Shown: one piece after another, positions 29,530 to 42,800 of the stretch
How positions within the stretch are numbered: the first letter of the stretch is position 1
How the letters are laid out: each line of letters begins with the position of its first letter
Assembly (NCBI RefSeq): GCF_964204865.1
Contig: NC_135252.1
Coordinates: 14,074,001 to 14,138,000, forward strand
Source: Styela clava
Taxonomy: Eukaryota
Direction: 5' to 3'
DNA: 64,000 nucleotides
Program-made: the position numbers and the translations under genes
The notes under the pieces: model-generated
Told to the model about the DNA's origin: nothing
The model's database searches: none
The model's input: the letters and a program-made list of their open reading frames with translations, nothing else

Positions 29530-30885
29530 TCCTAGATGTTTAATGAATGTCTGCATCAATGAGAAACTTGTTGCTGCATATTCTCTGGGAGTTTTAGAAT
29601 CCTTTGTTGACGCACACAGTGCTTATATCATCAAGATGGGGCAATTTCTGATGCTGATTAGCATATGCTCCTAAATTACCAAAAACATGCTATGGCAAAA
29701 CTATTCACAGATTTGATAGAGTTTAGAATGAAATTCCAGTCTGAGAATCTTATATTTTTTTATCTGCACATTTTTCAAACGCATTACCGTCACTAACATC
29801 TGACTCCATTGTAGCATTCAATTCATTCTTTGATTAAAGCACCAAAATGTCAGTACGATTTTTGCGGATCGTGACTTCAAGGGTTATCAAAAAAACGTGG
29901 GTGACAAAGGGTCAGTGGTTCGAGGTCTCTGGCATGATAGGAAATGGTTTTAAACTCCGGTCAAGGTTTTACCTGCAACTCAAATGAATGGCTTTTTGTG
30001 CATGATTTATTGTATTCATAGTTGCAAATGAAACTAGAAAGAAGTTGAATTGGAAAATACAGAGTGGTTGAAGTGATTTACAACGAAACTTTTTAGAAGC
30101 AGATTTGAAAAAGGTAAATTGGTCAGCGGTGCAACATTTTTCCAAGTGACACGTGCACACCAATTGCTTGTATTTAAGCCATACTACGATTGCTTTTGGC
30201 GAAAGAATGCTCATAACGGTTTTATATCCACATGGCAACGTAACTAGTCATGCTGAAATATTAATTAAAGTCAATGAGTGGTAGTGAAATGAATGACTCA
30301 CGAAGTTTGTACATAAAGGTCATACAGAAAAGACTCGTAAACCCATTTACATAAATTTTGCAGACTTTCAGACCACAAGTTGGTTTGAGTTACGACTATG
30401 CATTACAATTCGCCTTGGAAGTTGTTTGAAAATATCAATATATGAATACATGTGGATTTATTCAGGCTTATTTGGGCATAGTTATGGGGTTGTAATGGTG
30501 TTGCAAGTTAACTGTATGTGTCGCTACCGTTGTAAATAAATCTTTGTGTATTTATATATTATTATTTCTATACAACTCCCAAGGCAACTGAAAATTTATA
30601 CCTCAAACTGTCTTGTAGTCGGATAAGTCTGTAAACCAAGTGTATTCATTGAGTGGCCTAGGTGATTTCTATACTGAGAAATTTGAAAGACAGAAAAAGT
30701 GTTTTATCATGCGCAAAAAATTAAAAAGATCAGCAAAGTAATAAATAAAATGTTCAGTGGTAACTAGATTCACGCTTGCTAATAGTGACAAGCATAGTCC
30801 ATTGGGGGATGCAGATAGCCAATGCTTCATGTCAGAAAATATGGGATTCATTCATGTTTCATATGATAACAACGCTACAGTCATT

Positions 30886-33800
30886 TCACATTGCCTTGTT
30901 ATTTGGTTGAGAGGATCTGTAGTGCATAGTAACTTTTGACGTTTTCTCATGCTTATTTCTTGATACCCTGTAAAGAAGAAACAAGGGATAAAACTAACCA
31001 CAGTGATTTTTTTCTACAAATTTCAAGGTTTTGAAAATATATTTTTATAATATTGACAAAAAATTTCCTTTCAAATACTTAATATTCATATTGAAGCAGG
31101 GAATGTTCCTTTGGTAAAAATCCAAAATCGCAACTGGTTACCAGTCCATGTCGGGTATAAGAATAGTAACCAGTTATTCATTTGAGATGCACAGACTCGA
31201 TGATGAAGAAAACCATGGCCAACTGGTAGTCACATGCTTAGCATGATAAGTAAGCCAATTGCTGAATCGTCATTTCAGAGTAGAGAATATTGGATATAAA
31301 TGTTTAAATTTAACTTACGTGATGTAATGGCTTGAATTCTTGATGTGATATAAATCTTTCGATACTTTGCTTACCAATCCAAATGCCTTCAGTTCACTGG
31401 CCCACGAACTCTCCAATGGATAAAATCCATTCAATTTAATGTATTCAGCTTTGCTTTCTCCACCAGGGTTACAGAACCTAAACATGACAACAAATAAGAG
31501 TTATGATTCACTTAAAATGAACCTTGTAAAATATGGCCCAAGAGAAGATATTTCAAACTGTATGGAAAAATAGAAGTTTCTCTTGGGGACACTTTTCTTG
31601 TAAACTTACCTATAAAAGTTTTCCTAGAATTAGGAAACTAGTGTACAAACACAAAATGAAATAGGTACACTAATCCTTTTTTTCTCTTATTTAGTAGTCC
31701 CATGTAAAATTCCCTCCTATATACTGGTAACCGTTTTTATTACAAGCACCAAAATTTCACACAAGTAAACCGATATTAACTACAATGAATCTGAAACAAC
31801 ACAATTATTAAAAGTTCACAATTTCAAGTGTTTATTAAAAGGGTGTCTCAAAAATGTTATGTTGCACTTGTATGAATCTCACTTGATAGGTTTACTTTAT
31901 CGTTCTATTCAGAGTATTATAATCTATGCAAACCCAGAACATGGCATAAATCCCACTTCATTAGCTTACTTTTGATCATTTGTTCCCCAATATATATCAA
32001 CCCTAACTCAGAATTGTTTAGACACCATACATTAAGCATGATTTGAGAAAGTGGTAAAGCTGTATCTATTTGAAACTGCACATACTTACAATATATAAAC
32101 AGAATTATCTTCTTTTCTAAATTCAAGAAACTGCAAATCAAGGGGAGTGATATATTGTCCTTTCTTTAACATTTCCATCAACATCTGCTGTTTTAAAATC
32201 TTGTATATTCCTTTGTTTTTAAGACAGACAGCTGGAAAAAAACATAGAATCAGATTGAAAATACACTAATATATGAATATTTGTCACTGGTCGACCAAAT
32301 TATTTATAATAAATATATTCTATCTCTATAGGAGGAAGACATTCAATTAGCAGAGTCCTATATGAGTATATTTCCAACATACTTAGTATGAAGGAAAATA
32401 TGTAACTAGACTCTCGGTGTGTATAAACATAACAAGCATGCAAAGTATGAGATGTATGATTGACTAAACCAAGTTATCAACCCAACCATACCATGAAAAA
32501 TAACACTAATAATCAGTGTTTTGAAGATTTTAGAGACTTGTACTCACCATTACTTATGATTCCTACTAACCTAATCCCATCAAAAGTTATTATCCTTTAT
32601 GTAGACTGTGAAGTTTTTGCTAATATATGTATAAAATAAACTTTTAAAATCTCGAAACTTATACGAACCTAATGTTTGCATGAATATATTATGATATGGA
32701 TGAAGTTCATCAATGTCATCATCAGATTCATCAGTGCTGTCGTCATCATTTAACTCATCTTCAGAGTCGTCATCATCTGCACTACTGTACACCTCACTTG
32801 TTGTACGCTATTCAATAATTTATAAAAAGATTAATTATCAGCGTGAGTCACAACCATGTCAACCCATCCTCAAAGGTTACATTTGGTCTATTGTTCGGTC
32901 ACAATACCACATAATACATGGGAAAAGCTAAATATATAAATAATTTGGATGCACGAACTCAGATGGGGTATTCACAGGCAATCAGAAATTCCACGAACCA
33001 TCCCGCCCTGTAGCAAGGGTCCAGCAAATCTTCCGCACAAGATTATCCCCAGGATGATTAAACTTTGGTGTAATGTCGAGGTCTGGGCTGAATTTTGGTT
33101 TTATGATTGTGGTGAGTCAAAATTTCCGTCAGAAATTAAAAAAAAAGCATTAGGTTAACAAGACTCTAGAGTCATTTTTCAAATGGTCAGTGTTTCCCAG
33201 CCTTGTTGAAAAAACAAGCGACCCAAGATATTTATCAGGTGACACAGTTTCGGGTCGTGACCTATAGGTTGCGAAACATTGTTCCAGGTAACTGTATTTC
33301 TTCACTGTAATAATGTTTATGAAAACCAAACTTACAGATTTCTGCAGAATCATCTCATCATCCGATGTTCCATTAGATACTGGAGTCAATGCTAAAATAT
33401 GCACTAAATGTGTTAGCAGCTGGTTTTTGACATGGAAGTAAATTTTTTACAAAAGTAAATGCTATAAAATCCATAAAAGATATTTAAAAATTCTAAACAA
33501 ACCTTGTCCAAGTCTACTTTGATGCAACTGATTGATGGTAACAGGACTACTGTGATTAATATTTGGAAAATGTTTAAATACATGATCTTTTATGTTCACT
33601 CCAGGTTTCAAAGGTGTGGAATGATCACCATCACTTGGAACTGTTGCACCTATATAAAATCATAAAACTCTAAAACAGTGTTCTTTAATAAAACATTTCA
33701 TTGCAATGTTAGGTAATAAAATACCGTTTTTTATTTGCCGGAAATAAATGGATTTGTATTAAACTTAAAAATGATATTATCACTTTACTTCTCTTAGAGA

Positions 33801-36800
33801 TTAATGTGAATACCTATTTGTGAACTACCAAACTGTGACAATATTTATTGAGCATAATGATTACGATACTCGAATTGAGAAACATTTACAGCATAAAAAT
33901 TGACTGAAATCTTTTGTTTCCCCCATATTATACAACCAAGGCTGGGTTGTAAAATACTCCGACTCCATTTCCAACCCGAAAGAAAAAATGTTGATAATGA
34001 AAGCTTCGGCATATGCAAGCCTTCTTCATAGACCGGTAAATTATTTTTTTTTAAGTTTTAGTATCAAGTTTTACCTTATCTCATCAACATTGAAAGTCTG
34101 CAATTCAGAGATATTCAGAATTTCGATTCTGAATTCGGGTTTGAAACTTTGCAAATTCGAATCCGACTCTGACTTCAGTGAAAATATGCTAGACACTCCT
34201 GTTAAGACTCCCGAATATATAGCTCTAGTACCAACTTATTAAGTTTTGCGAAAGGTATCATGACCAATAAATACACTATAGATTCTTCAATCGTGCTGAT
34301 TTCGCAATGATTTTTATTGAATCTATAACCGTATACTCAATCATACCATTGATTCTTTTATTATGGTTGACATCAACTGAACTTGAATCGAATTGTTTTC
34401 TGGCAGATGGCATTGGAACTCGCAATTGTTCTTTTGTAATAGGCTGTATTGTTTTGATGTTACTGATGATGTCAGTTAGCTTGTGAACTTTTAGATTTTC
34501 TTTTGATGTGGTAGAATCTTGAGAAAGGCTCATTTCTGTAAAAACAAAAAGATCACATTCTGAAATACTACTTTTTAATATAAAATATGTTCCAAAATGG
34601 ATCCTATTCAATAAGAAAATTTATATTGTATCATGTTATGATACATTCACGGAGATATGGCTGTAGTACAGAAAAGTTAAGACAGGCATTATTCTTATTG
34701 TTAGTTATGGTTGCCAAAGTTATACAAGTCTGGGCTTGGTTTAAACATATGACATCAGTTTGAATTGAATCACATAAATTATATGCAATATTATAAATTC
34801 TTCCGAAAATCAGTAATTTAATAAATTTTTAAAATGAAAATAAATTTCTTGTGAGAGTAATAAATCTAATTTCAAGTCTTGTCAGGTTTTCTCTGACTAT
34901 ATCATGATATGATTTTCAATATGTTTGGTTTGGATTGTCTGTTGAAAAAAGTTTGTGCTGACAAAGAAATCTAAGCTTGGAAAATCAAAGAAATTAAAAT
35001 AGAATTTGGCTATCTAACCTTGGAAAAATCATAAATTGCTGATACGCATGAACAAGAATCTTACAAATGGGGTGAAGGCTTCAAATATTGCATGATATAA
35101 CGACAATGCAACAAATAAAATACCAAAACAATGTCCGTCATTATTTTTTACCAATTACAATCCATGATAAGCTAGTTTTAATTCAAATATTATTTTAATT
35201 AAATCACCTCTTGAATTTAGTGATTCATCAGAATTTTTGCTAATTTCTGCCAAAGCTCCAAATTGTCCAGATGTTATCCCTTGATACATTGGTTCTGACA
35301 AAATATTATGTAAAAATTTGAGAAAACATCAAATACTACTCACACACATGTACACTTTTACAAGACAACCCTTAGCTTTATAATAACAACCATTTACTAA
35401 AGGTGTCTGTCAGTAATTCTTCAATGAAAATAATATTATTGTTCCATCTGATTTATCCACTCAGATATTTTCCAAGTTATAATATATTTCCTATAGAATC
35501 TTAATATGTTGATGTTGCAGATATTCGAATATTCATCATCTCACTCGAAGGATGGGGATATGCAATACCAAACCGAAAGGATTATGGTCATTTCCAACAT
35601 ACCGTAATAGCTTCTAACAAAGTCAGTGACTGATTGTACCAAGCCTTTTTCATAGAAAAAACACCTCATAAAAAGATATAAGCAAATTTGAGCAATACCA
35701 AAATAAAAATACAACACAAACAGCGAATAGTACCAATCAAGGTTTGAAAGTTAAGATGAAAGTTCATGTGAGAGTCACTCAACCTCACACATAGTTTAAT
35801 ATTAATTAAGTCCATGCTTCCGAAAACAAAAAATCCCATACGGGACATGGACTGGTAATCTGACGAGGGCCGTAGTTCGCCATATGATAAAGCCGTCGTA
35901 TAGACTTTCATTTTCCTCCCCGGGATAAATATGTAAATCCTATCCTCACCTTCGATATTTTTCACTTTTTGCTTTCGATTTAGTACATTTTTATTTGGAA
36001 TTACTTTGAATTGGTCAGAGGACACGGGACTCATTGCTCCTCCAATATTGTTAACTGAAAACCTAGAATGAAAAAATTACCTATTCTTATGAGCAAGCTA
36101 TTTATGCTGAGAAAATATCTTTACGACATATAATATTGCACAAAGTATCATCACCCGATATACCAAGTGCTGAGGTGTACCCTTTGAAACCATAAAATTT
36201 ATCATAATCAGTAATCAGTTTATTTTTTCGCATAGGCCTGCTGAAAATATACATTTCAAAGTGAAGGGAGATGCGATAAACTAGTACTAGTCATACTCAC
36301 TTCCAAACATGGAGTGCTCTGTATTTAGCTTTTACACCAGCAAAACTGGGTCCACTTTTAAGGGTATAACAAACCTAAATGAAGAATTAAAAAAATTTGG
36401 ATAAAAACAATGTTGAACTTGAGCCCATATAACACAACAAATATATTATGAAAAATAGTTTCAAGAAATTATTCTTAAAAAGAATGTGAGAGAAACATGA
36501 AACCATTTGAAAAATGCTGGACTTTCCAACTTCATAGATCATTTGATAATCAAAAAAAAGCCTATGAAACGTATCTGAATACTTATTAGGATTTTCATGT
36601 TCAGTATTGGAAGAGAAAAAGTGATAATACAATCTAATAACATGACGAACTACGACCTCTCGTCCGGTTACGAGTCAATGGAGATTTACAATAGATTTAC
36701 AATTATTTTATTCAGATATATGGACCTAATGGTTGAGGAAGCTGCAATCGACTAGCTGTTACATGAAGAAACACAATGTGGTGGAGTCCAGCAATCGCAC

Positions 36801-39800
36801 ATCATGCAGTGGTGTGCCAAACTTTTCCGCTGCCCGGGGCGAGAATATGATGCCCGGGGCGAGTTTCTGATAATGCTGCCCCTTATACCTTCAAAAATAT
36901 TTGGGGAGTAAACAAATTATAGATGTTGTTAATTGTTATACGTGAAAATAAATAAATTGAAGGTCGAGTAAGGGGTGAAATGTTTGTAATATTTTTATTC
37001 AAACCATCGAACTAAGCAACAAACTCACACCTATAACGTGCTGCCCAGGGCGGCTGACCTTTCAGCTCCCCTCTAGGCAGGCCACTGACCACAGGATTTG
37101 GACCTGTTATCCCCTTGCAAGGTAAACAAAAGTGCAATGACAAACGTGTTCCTAACGCTTATCACAATTTTCCTGCATACCTTTTCACCTATGCTCAATA
37201 CTTTTGTTAAGTCATTAGTAAGAGGTTCATTCATTCCAATCTGATATGCTTCAATATTGAAATACACATTTTCGGTAAATAAATCATTGTATCTATCTTT
37301 CTGAATAAATCCAAAATCTGGCCTCAAATTTTTGTGAACGTATCCAATATCTATGGAAAATAAGAAAGAATTTTTTTTAAACCCGAATAAAAAAAGATTT
37401 TCATATTATTAGAAGCCGTAAAAAACATACATACCGAGTTTCCCCGAAAATAAGACCTACCCTTTAAATAAGACCTAGTCAATAACGCGGAATTTTTTTT
37501 TGACCTGGTCGATAGCAAGAAATCTCTCCCATATGTTTTAAATGATTAATCTAAAACGTGTGAGATAGGAAAACGTGTCATTTAAGTAAATGGATATCGA
37601 ATTTCATATTTTGTATATTTGAAAATCTCGTAATTCTCTTCTTCGTAATTTTGTTTTTGATGAATAAAATATAAGAAATCCCCCGAAAATAAGCCCTAGT
37701 GTTATTTTTCGGAAGAATATTGGAATAAGACCCAGTCTTATTTTCAGGCAAACGCGGTAGCAATATCGAGTATAACAACAAAAAATTTGAATCATAGTTT
37801 ATTGTCATTGCAATAAATTGTTAGCTCGCAAAAGCAGAGAATCGTGTATTTACATAATGAAAAGGAAATTGATCAACAATGACTATTAGAGCATGAATGA
37901 TTAACAATATTTTAGAATGAAGTATAGTATATTTATGACTATGGAACTGCATACTTAGTTTAAAATAAATAAATCTAAGAAAAATTTGGAAATACAGGAA
38001 TGTTAAGATAAATACTTATTTAATCATTTGTCAATATTTTAAAGATTATCAGAACGTAAATAAAGACGAAAATAAAATTTTCCAAATAAGAACTACGATA
38101 TAACAATTTTTTCTTCATAGCGCAAATGTAAAATATTGAAATTATTTAATTATAAATTGATGTTCAAATCAATTTGATTTGTTTTAGACAACCCTGCATA
38201 TACCAATGCATACCATAACTAGATTTAGGTGATGGAGGTGGACTCGGAAACACCATCGCATTCGTTACAGTCTTAGCTGGTTGTTTGATAGGAGGATTCC
38301 TTTGAGTCACACTAGCCCAGCTGAAACAAGAATAAGATTTGTTACGAGTGCAATAAACTATATTTGCTAGATTGATGAAGATAATGCTCTAGATCTAATT
38401 GTATAACATTGTGGGCATAGGAAGAAAAACTAATATAAAAAATTTTGAAATTGTTTTAGAATTGAGGACATTCCAACTCAGACAAAATATTTTTCTGATT
38501 GGATTACAGTGGAGAAAAGTTTTGGTAAATAAGAGAGTTATATAAAATTGGTGAGATTTATAATAATAGCAATTACCAACATAAACATTTTACAACTTCA
38601 GTTTTATAGTTATTATTTTCATTTATTCAATTTAGAGAACGCATCCAAAAACAAGATATGAGTTTTGACAGATACTGCATTTCATTCATATTCTAAAGCT
38701 AATTCTGAAAATCAGATGTCTGAAATTATTGGACACTGGGTGTAGCTATTGTTCTTGTTGTCGTTCTGAAAAGTTCTTTTCCTTCAGTACTTGAAGTTGG
38801 CAGTAGTTGCCAGAAGGCTATTTATGCTTCTGCTTTTATAAAAAGAAACACTGGTTCGATATTTTATCCTAATGTTTAAACATATTACACCACTGCATGG
38901 CTTTCTAACTGCCATTCTTCGACTTCCTTGTTGTGAATAGCTTTGGTGGTGACAGCCAGAATTGAATCATAAGCATTTTAATGATCAGATAACAGATATC
39001 TGTGTAGGTAGGTCACACTAATGTAGTACGGTTAGTCATATGACGACCGTTTCCATATATTTGAGCATTGCTGTCCTATTGGACACGTAGTGGACATAAC
39101 AATCGTTTCAAAATTTTGTTGTTATTGTTATTTTCATTATTATTTGTCTCCATCATTTTTAAAAAAATCGCTTTTCTCTTCGAATACTGGACCAATTGCT
39201 TTGAAATTTTCAGTGGTTGAAGATAAAATTTTTCCCCAGAAGGCTATTACTTTTATTCATTTTAAATATTTCTGTTAGCTCTATGAGATTTGTTTTTGTT
39301 TGCTATGACGTCATTAAACGTTCTGCGGACATCGGACGCCATTTTGTGTCCTACTGTACTGCTTCACTTGGTGTGAGTATATTTGTAGACTGTGATCTGG
39401 CGGTACGGTAAACCGTACCCTACTGCGAACAGACGTGTCCATATATTTGGGTGTAGCTCTCTTGTTTCTAATCTAATACAGAAGATTGGAATATAAGTAT
39501 TTACCCTGATAAAGTAGATGTTGAAGATTGAGCAGGAAATTTAGATGCCAATGATGGAAATTCATTAAAAGATTCTTCTGGTATTTGTTTCACACTGTCA
39601 AAAAAGAGTTTTTAAATAATAGGATTCAAGTTTATTCCAAATTTCAGACAACTTTGAAGTCGGAAATTATATTATTTATTTATTCACTATGATTGCTTAT
39701 TTTATGACATGCCTAACAAGTTTTACAACTGATGTAAAATAAATCTGAAATTAATTCTATTTTAAATTTTTATGTAATTTTAGGAATAATTTATTTTGAA

Positions 39801-42800
39801 AATTATCATTTTTAGCGATTAACTAAAAATGGCTTCAGTTAATTTGAAAAAGAAAATCAGACCTCCTGAAGTATGCGCACCAAGATGACGAACAACCTGA
39901 ACTCAGGTTGTGTACCAGGTTAGGGTTCAGGTTATGCGACATTTTGGTGCGCAAACTTCAGGAGTACCAAAAAATCAATTGAGATCGCTCAGTAATTAAA
40001 GTGTTAGACTTGGCATCGAAGATTTAAAAACCTATACCCACCACCTCACCCAGGGTGTAATAATTAGGTAGGCGATGACGAAAAGTAAAAATTCGAACTC
40101 TAAAATTCTAATACATATCATTGGCTGCTCGTAAAGAGCCTCGTTTAGACCAAGCAATATTTAAAAAAACGAAATGTCATTTCACTTTTCTGTATTTTCA
40201 TATTCAAACTCATTGAAGATACAGAGACAGAAAATGATAAAATTTAGAATATATTAGATGCATTCAAAAATATTACTTCTGGGTTTTCCCATCCCCATAC
40301 TGAAAAAATCAAAAATCATACTTACACAGAAGCATCTGCTAAATTATCTTCATATTCTACATCATCATCATCAATTTTTTCTACCTCAAGAGCTCTCCAT
40401 TTGGACTTAATATTTGGATTAGTAACTGGCATTGCATAAGCACTAACCCTGTAAACAATTAATTTGAATAAAGGTAAAGAATACAGGTACTTCAATCTGA
40501 ATCGCTACTGCTAATTTTGGTTGATCTTTCTGTAATTCACGACACAATTATGTAGGTAAATATGTATTAACCAAATACAAGGAGAAACAATGACAACTAA
40601 ACATCTTATTCGACCTAGGGAAAAGCATAGATACCATGTTCGGGTGGCTGTAATCTTTGCAACAGATGGAAGGAGCATAAATTCAAATCCTTGGGTAAAA
40701 AACGCTCTGCCGTTTATATAATATTTTACCATAAAAAAAACAATGATTGTCAAGACTAGAGGAATAAGTCAGTTTTCAGATGCCTCAGTTGCAAGTCTAG
40801 ATGAAATATTGACTATGCATGATTACCTATCGAAATTTTTAAAATGCTTTCTTATATCATCATTAGGTTCGAGACCACAAGCTTCCAAATCGAAGAAAAC
40901 ATTTTCTTCAAATCTCGAAGGTTTGTCATCTCTTTCTATAAATGAGTATTCCTTCTCTATACGTCGAGCTATAAATCCTGAAATGTGAATTGAGTAGAAA
41001 AGTTGAGTAGAAAAGCTTTTAATTTTACAATGCTGTGCTTCTGAGGTCTCACCTAATACTTTCAAGCTATATGAGCAACAAAGTAGACATACTGGTATGG
41101 GTGTACTGAAGTTAAAAAAAACAGATTTCAGCGAAACGAATCTAATTTTAATACCCAAAATGAGGTAATGGACACATGACATGTTTATCACATAATAAGC
41201 CGCGGATCAAACTTGGAGAGTATTATTTGCCTGCTGAGATTATTTAACTTTCTCCAACTGTACATCATGACGCAATTTTCCAAAGCACAGTACAATAATT
41301 TCCCAAATAGATTATAACAAAAAGAAAAGTTTGTGAAGCACTGACCTAACTCATGTACAAATCAATATTCATCCATAACATTTCTTATCCATGAGAATTC
41401 ATTGAAATAACAAACAAATGAAGTCTTGAAATTTAGCTGCGCTCATTATCAAAAGATTAAGACTCAAATAATGCTCACCAAAGATGAAAAACTTGATTGT
41501 AATTGCTTTTTCAAAATGAATTCTCAGGACTTTCAAAAATGATTTAACATTTTGTGATTTAACATTCTAGAAAGTTACCTGTAATATGTATTCCACCAGC
41601 AGGATCAGGTTCAACTTTTAATATCTTTTTTTGTTTATCTATAAAATTTACAAATTATTCATATTAATTCATTAAACATACATATTAAGCTAAGTGCTGG
41701 AAGCATGATCATTATAGCTTTACAAATTAAGATATGATTAAAATAGAATTTATCATTGGTGGAAGAATGGTAAGGTGACGTATGGAAATGGATTTTGACT
41801 GATTAATCAGTAAAAAGTTTTATATTGCTCTCGAGATATCTTTGAGTCATTTTTAGAAAATGATTGTTGAATTCACTCATGTAACAACTAACTGCTAATA
41901 CATTTATAGAGTGCATTGAAAATGGTGTTATGGATAGTTACCACCAAAACAATGTTCAAATATATGAATTTAAAGGTCAAAGGCTTAAAATCGGTGATTT
42001 CTCATTCAACCACTGAATTTATTCACATGCCTACCAGCCAGGCCTCAGCTGACCACTAAGTTTGCTGAGAAGAGTGAAAGAATAATCTGGCAGAATGCCA
42101 AATAGATGTGCAATATAAGACAAACCGGTAATTTTTGGTGTGATATTTTAGGCCCTATCAGACCAGAAGAAAATTTGAGAGTGAGACTAAATGGAAGTAT
42201 AAGGCACCTAGTAATTTTCGTTGTAATCTTCTAGTACTTAAAGTTTTATATTATTTGGTCCATTACTTGTACAATTTATTCACAACAACGAACACCTCAA
42301 CAGGTACAACAACGATGAATATGTGCTTAGCTGGATATGCCTGTAATAAGAAAAGTAAAATGAACTTCACCCTTTTTTCTTTCATACATAAATGGAACAC
42401 TAATTCTTTGCTCTGCTTTCTTTTCCAATTTACTTTTCTGTCCACTATGCTTCTGCAAATTATGACCCTGACAATATAAAGAAAACATAATAACATAGAA
42501 ACGCTTTTAAACTACTGTAATAAACTAATTTAGCAAAATAGGAAATTACCTGTAAATCTATTTCATCTCTATAGACAGGAATGCGATCTGATTCCATGCA
42601 TTCAGGATGTTCACATGGAAAATGATTTTCACGCTGATGTTCAAAAAGTGAGTTCTTGTCTCTAAATAAAAATATTGAGCATTAGCAGGAAAGTTGATGC
42701 CATCCTCGCTAGAAGCAGATCTCGCATATAAGCCAACCTCTTGAAAAAGGCTCTAAAACGGTAAATTTATACAAATTTGCATATGTGACATGTGTGTGAC

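Larger units (their letters stand above)
36301..37350 (-). other. Cold-shock/OB-fold-like domain 2 of the ZNF598-like protein
   Basis: Exons 37350-37181 and 36374-36301 encode DIGYVHKNLRPDFGFIQKDRYNDLFTENVYFNIEA..LSIGEKVCYTL..KAKYRALHVWK, with RNP1-like FGFI and RNP2-like NVYF. Confidence 0.7.

Noticed and set aside
30020-30150. LINE ORF2 remnant (LEADLKKVNWSAV)
   Set aside because: Only a short motif-like resemblance between stops; no endonuclease or RT motifs were seen nearby.
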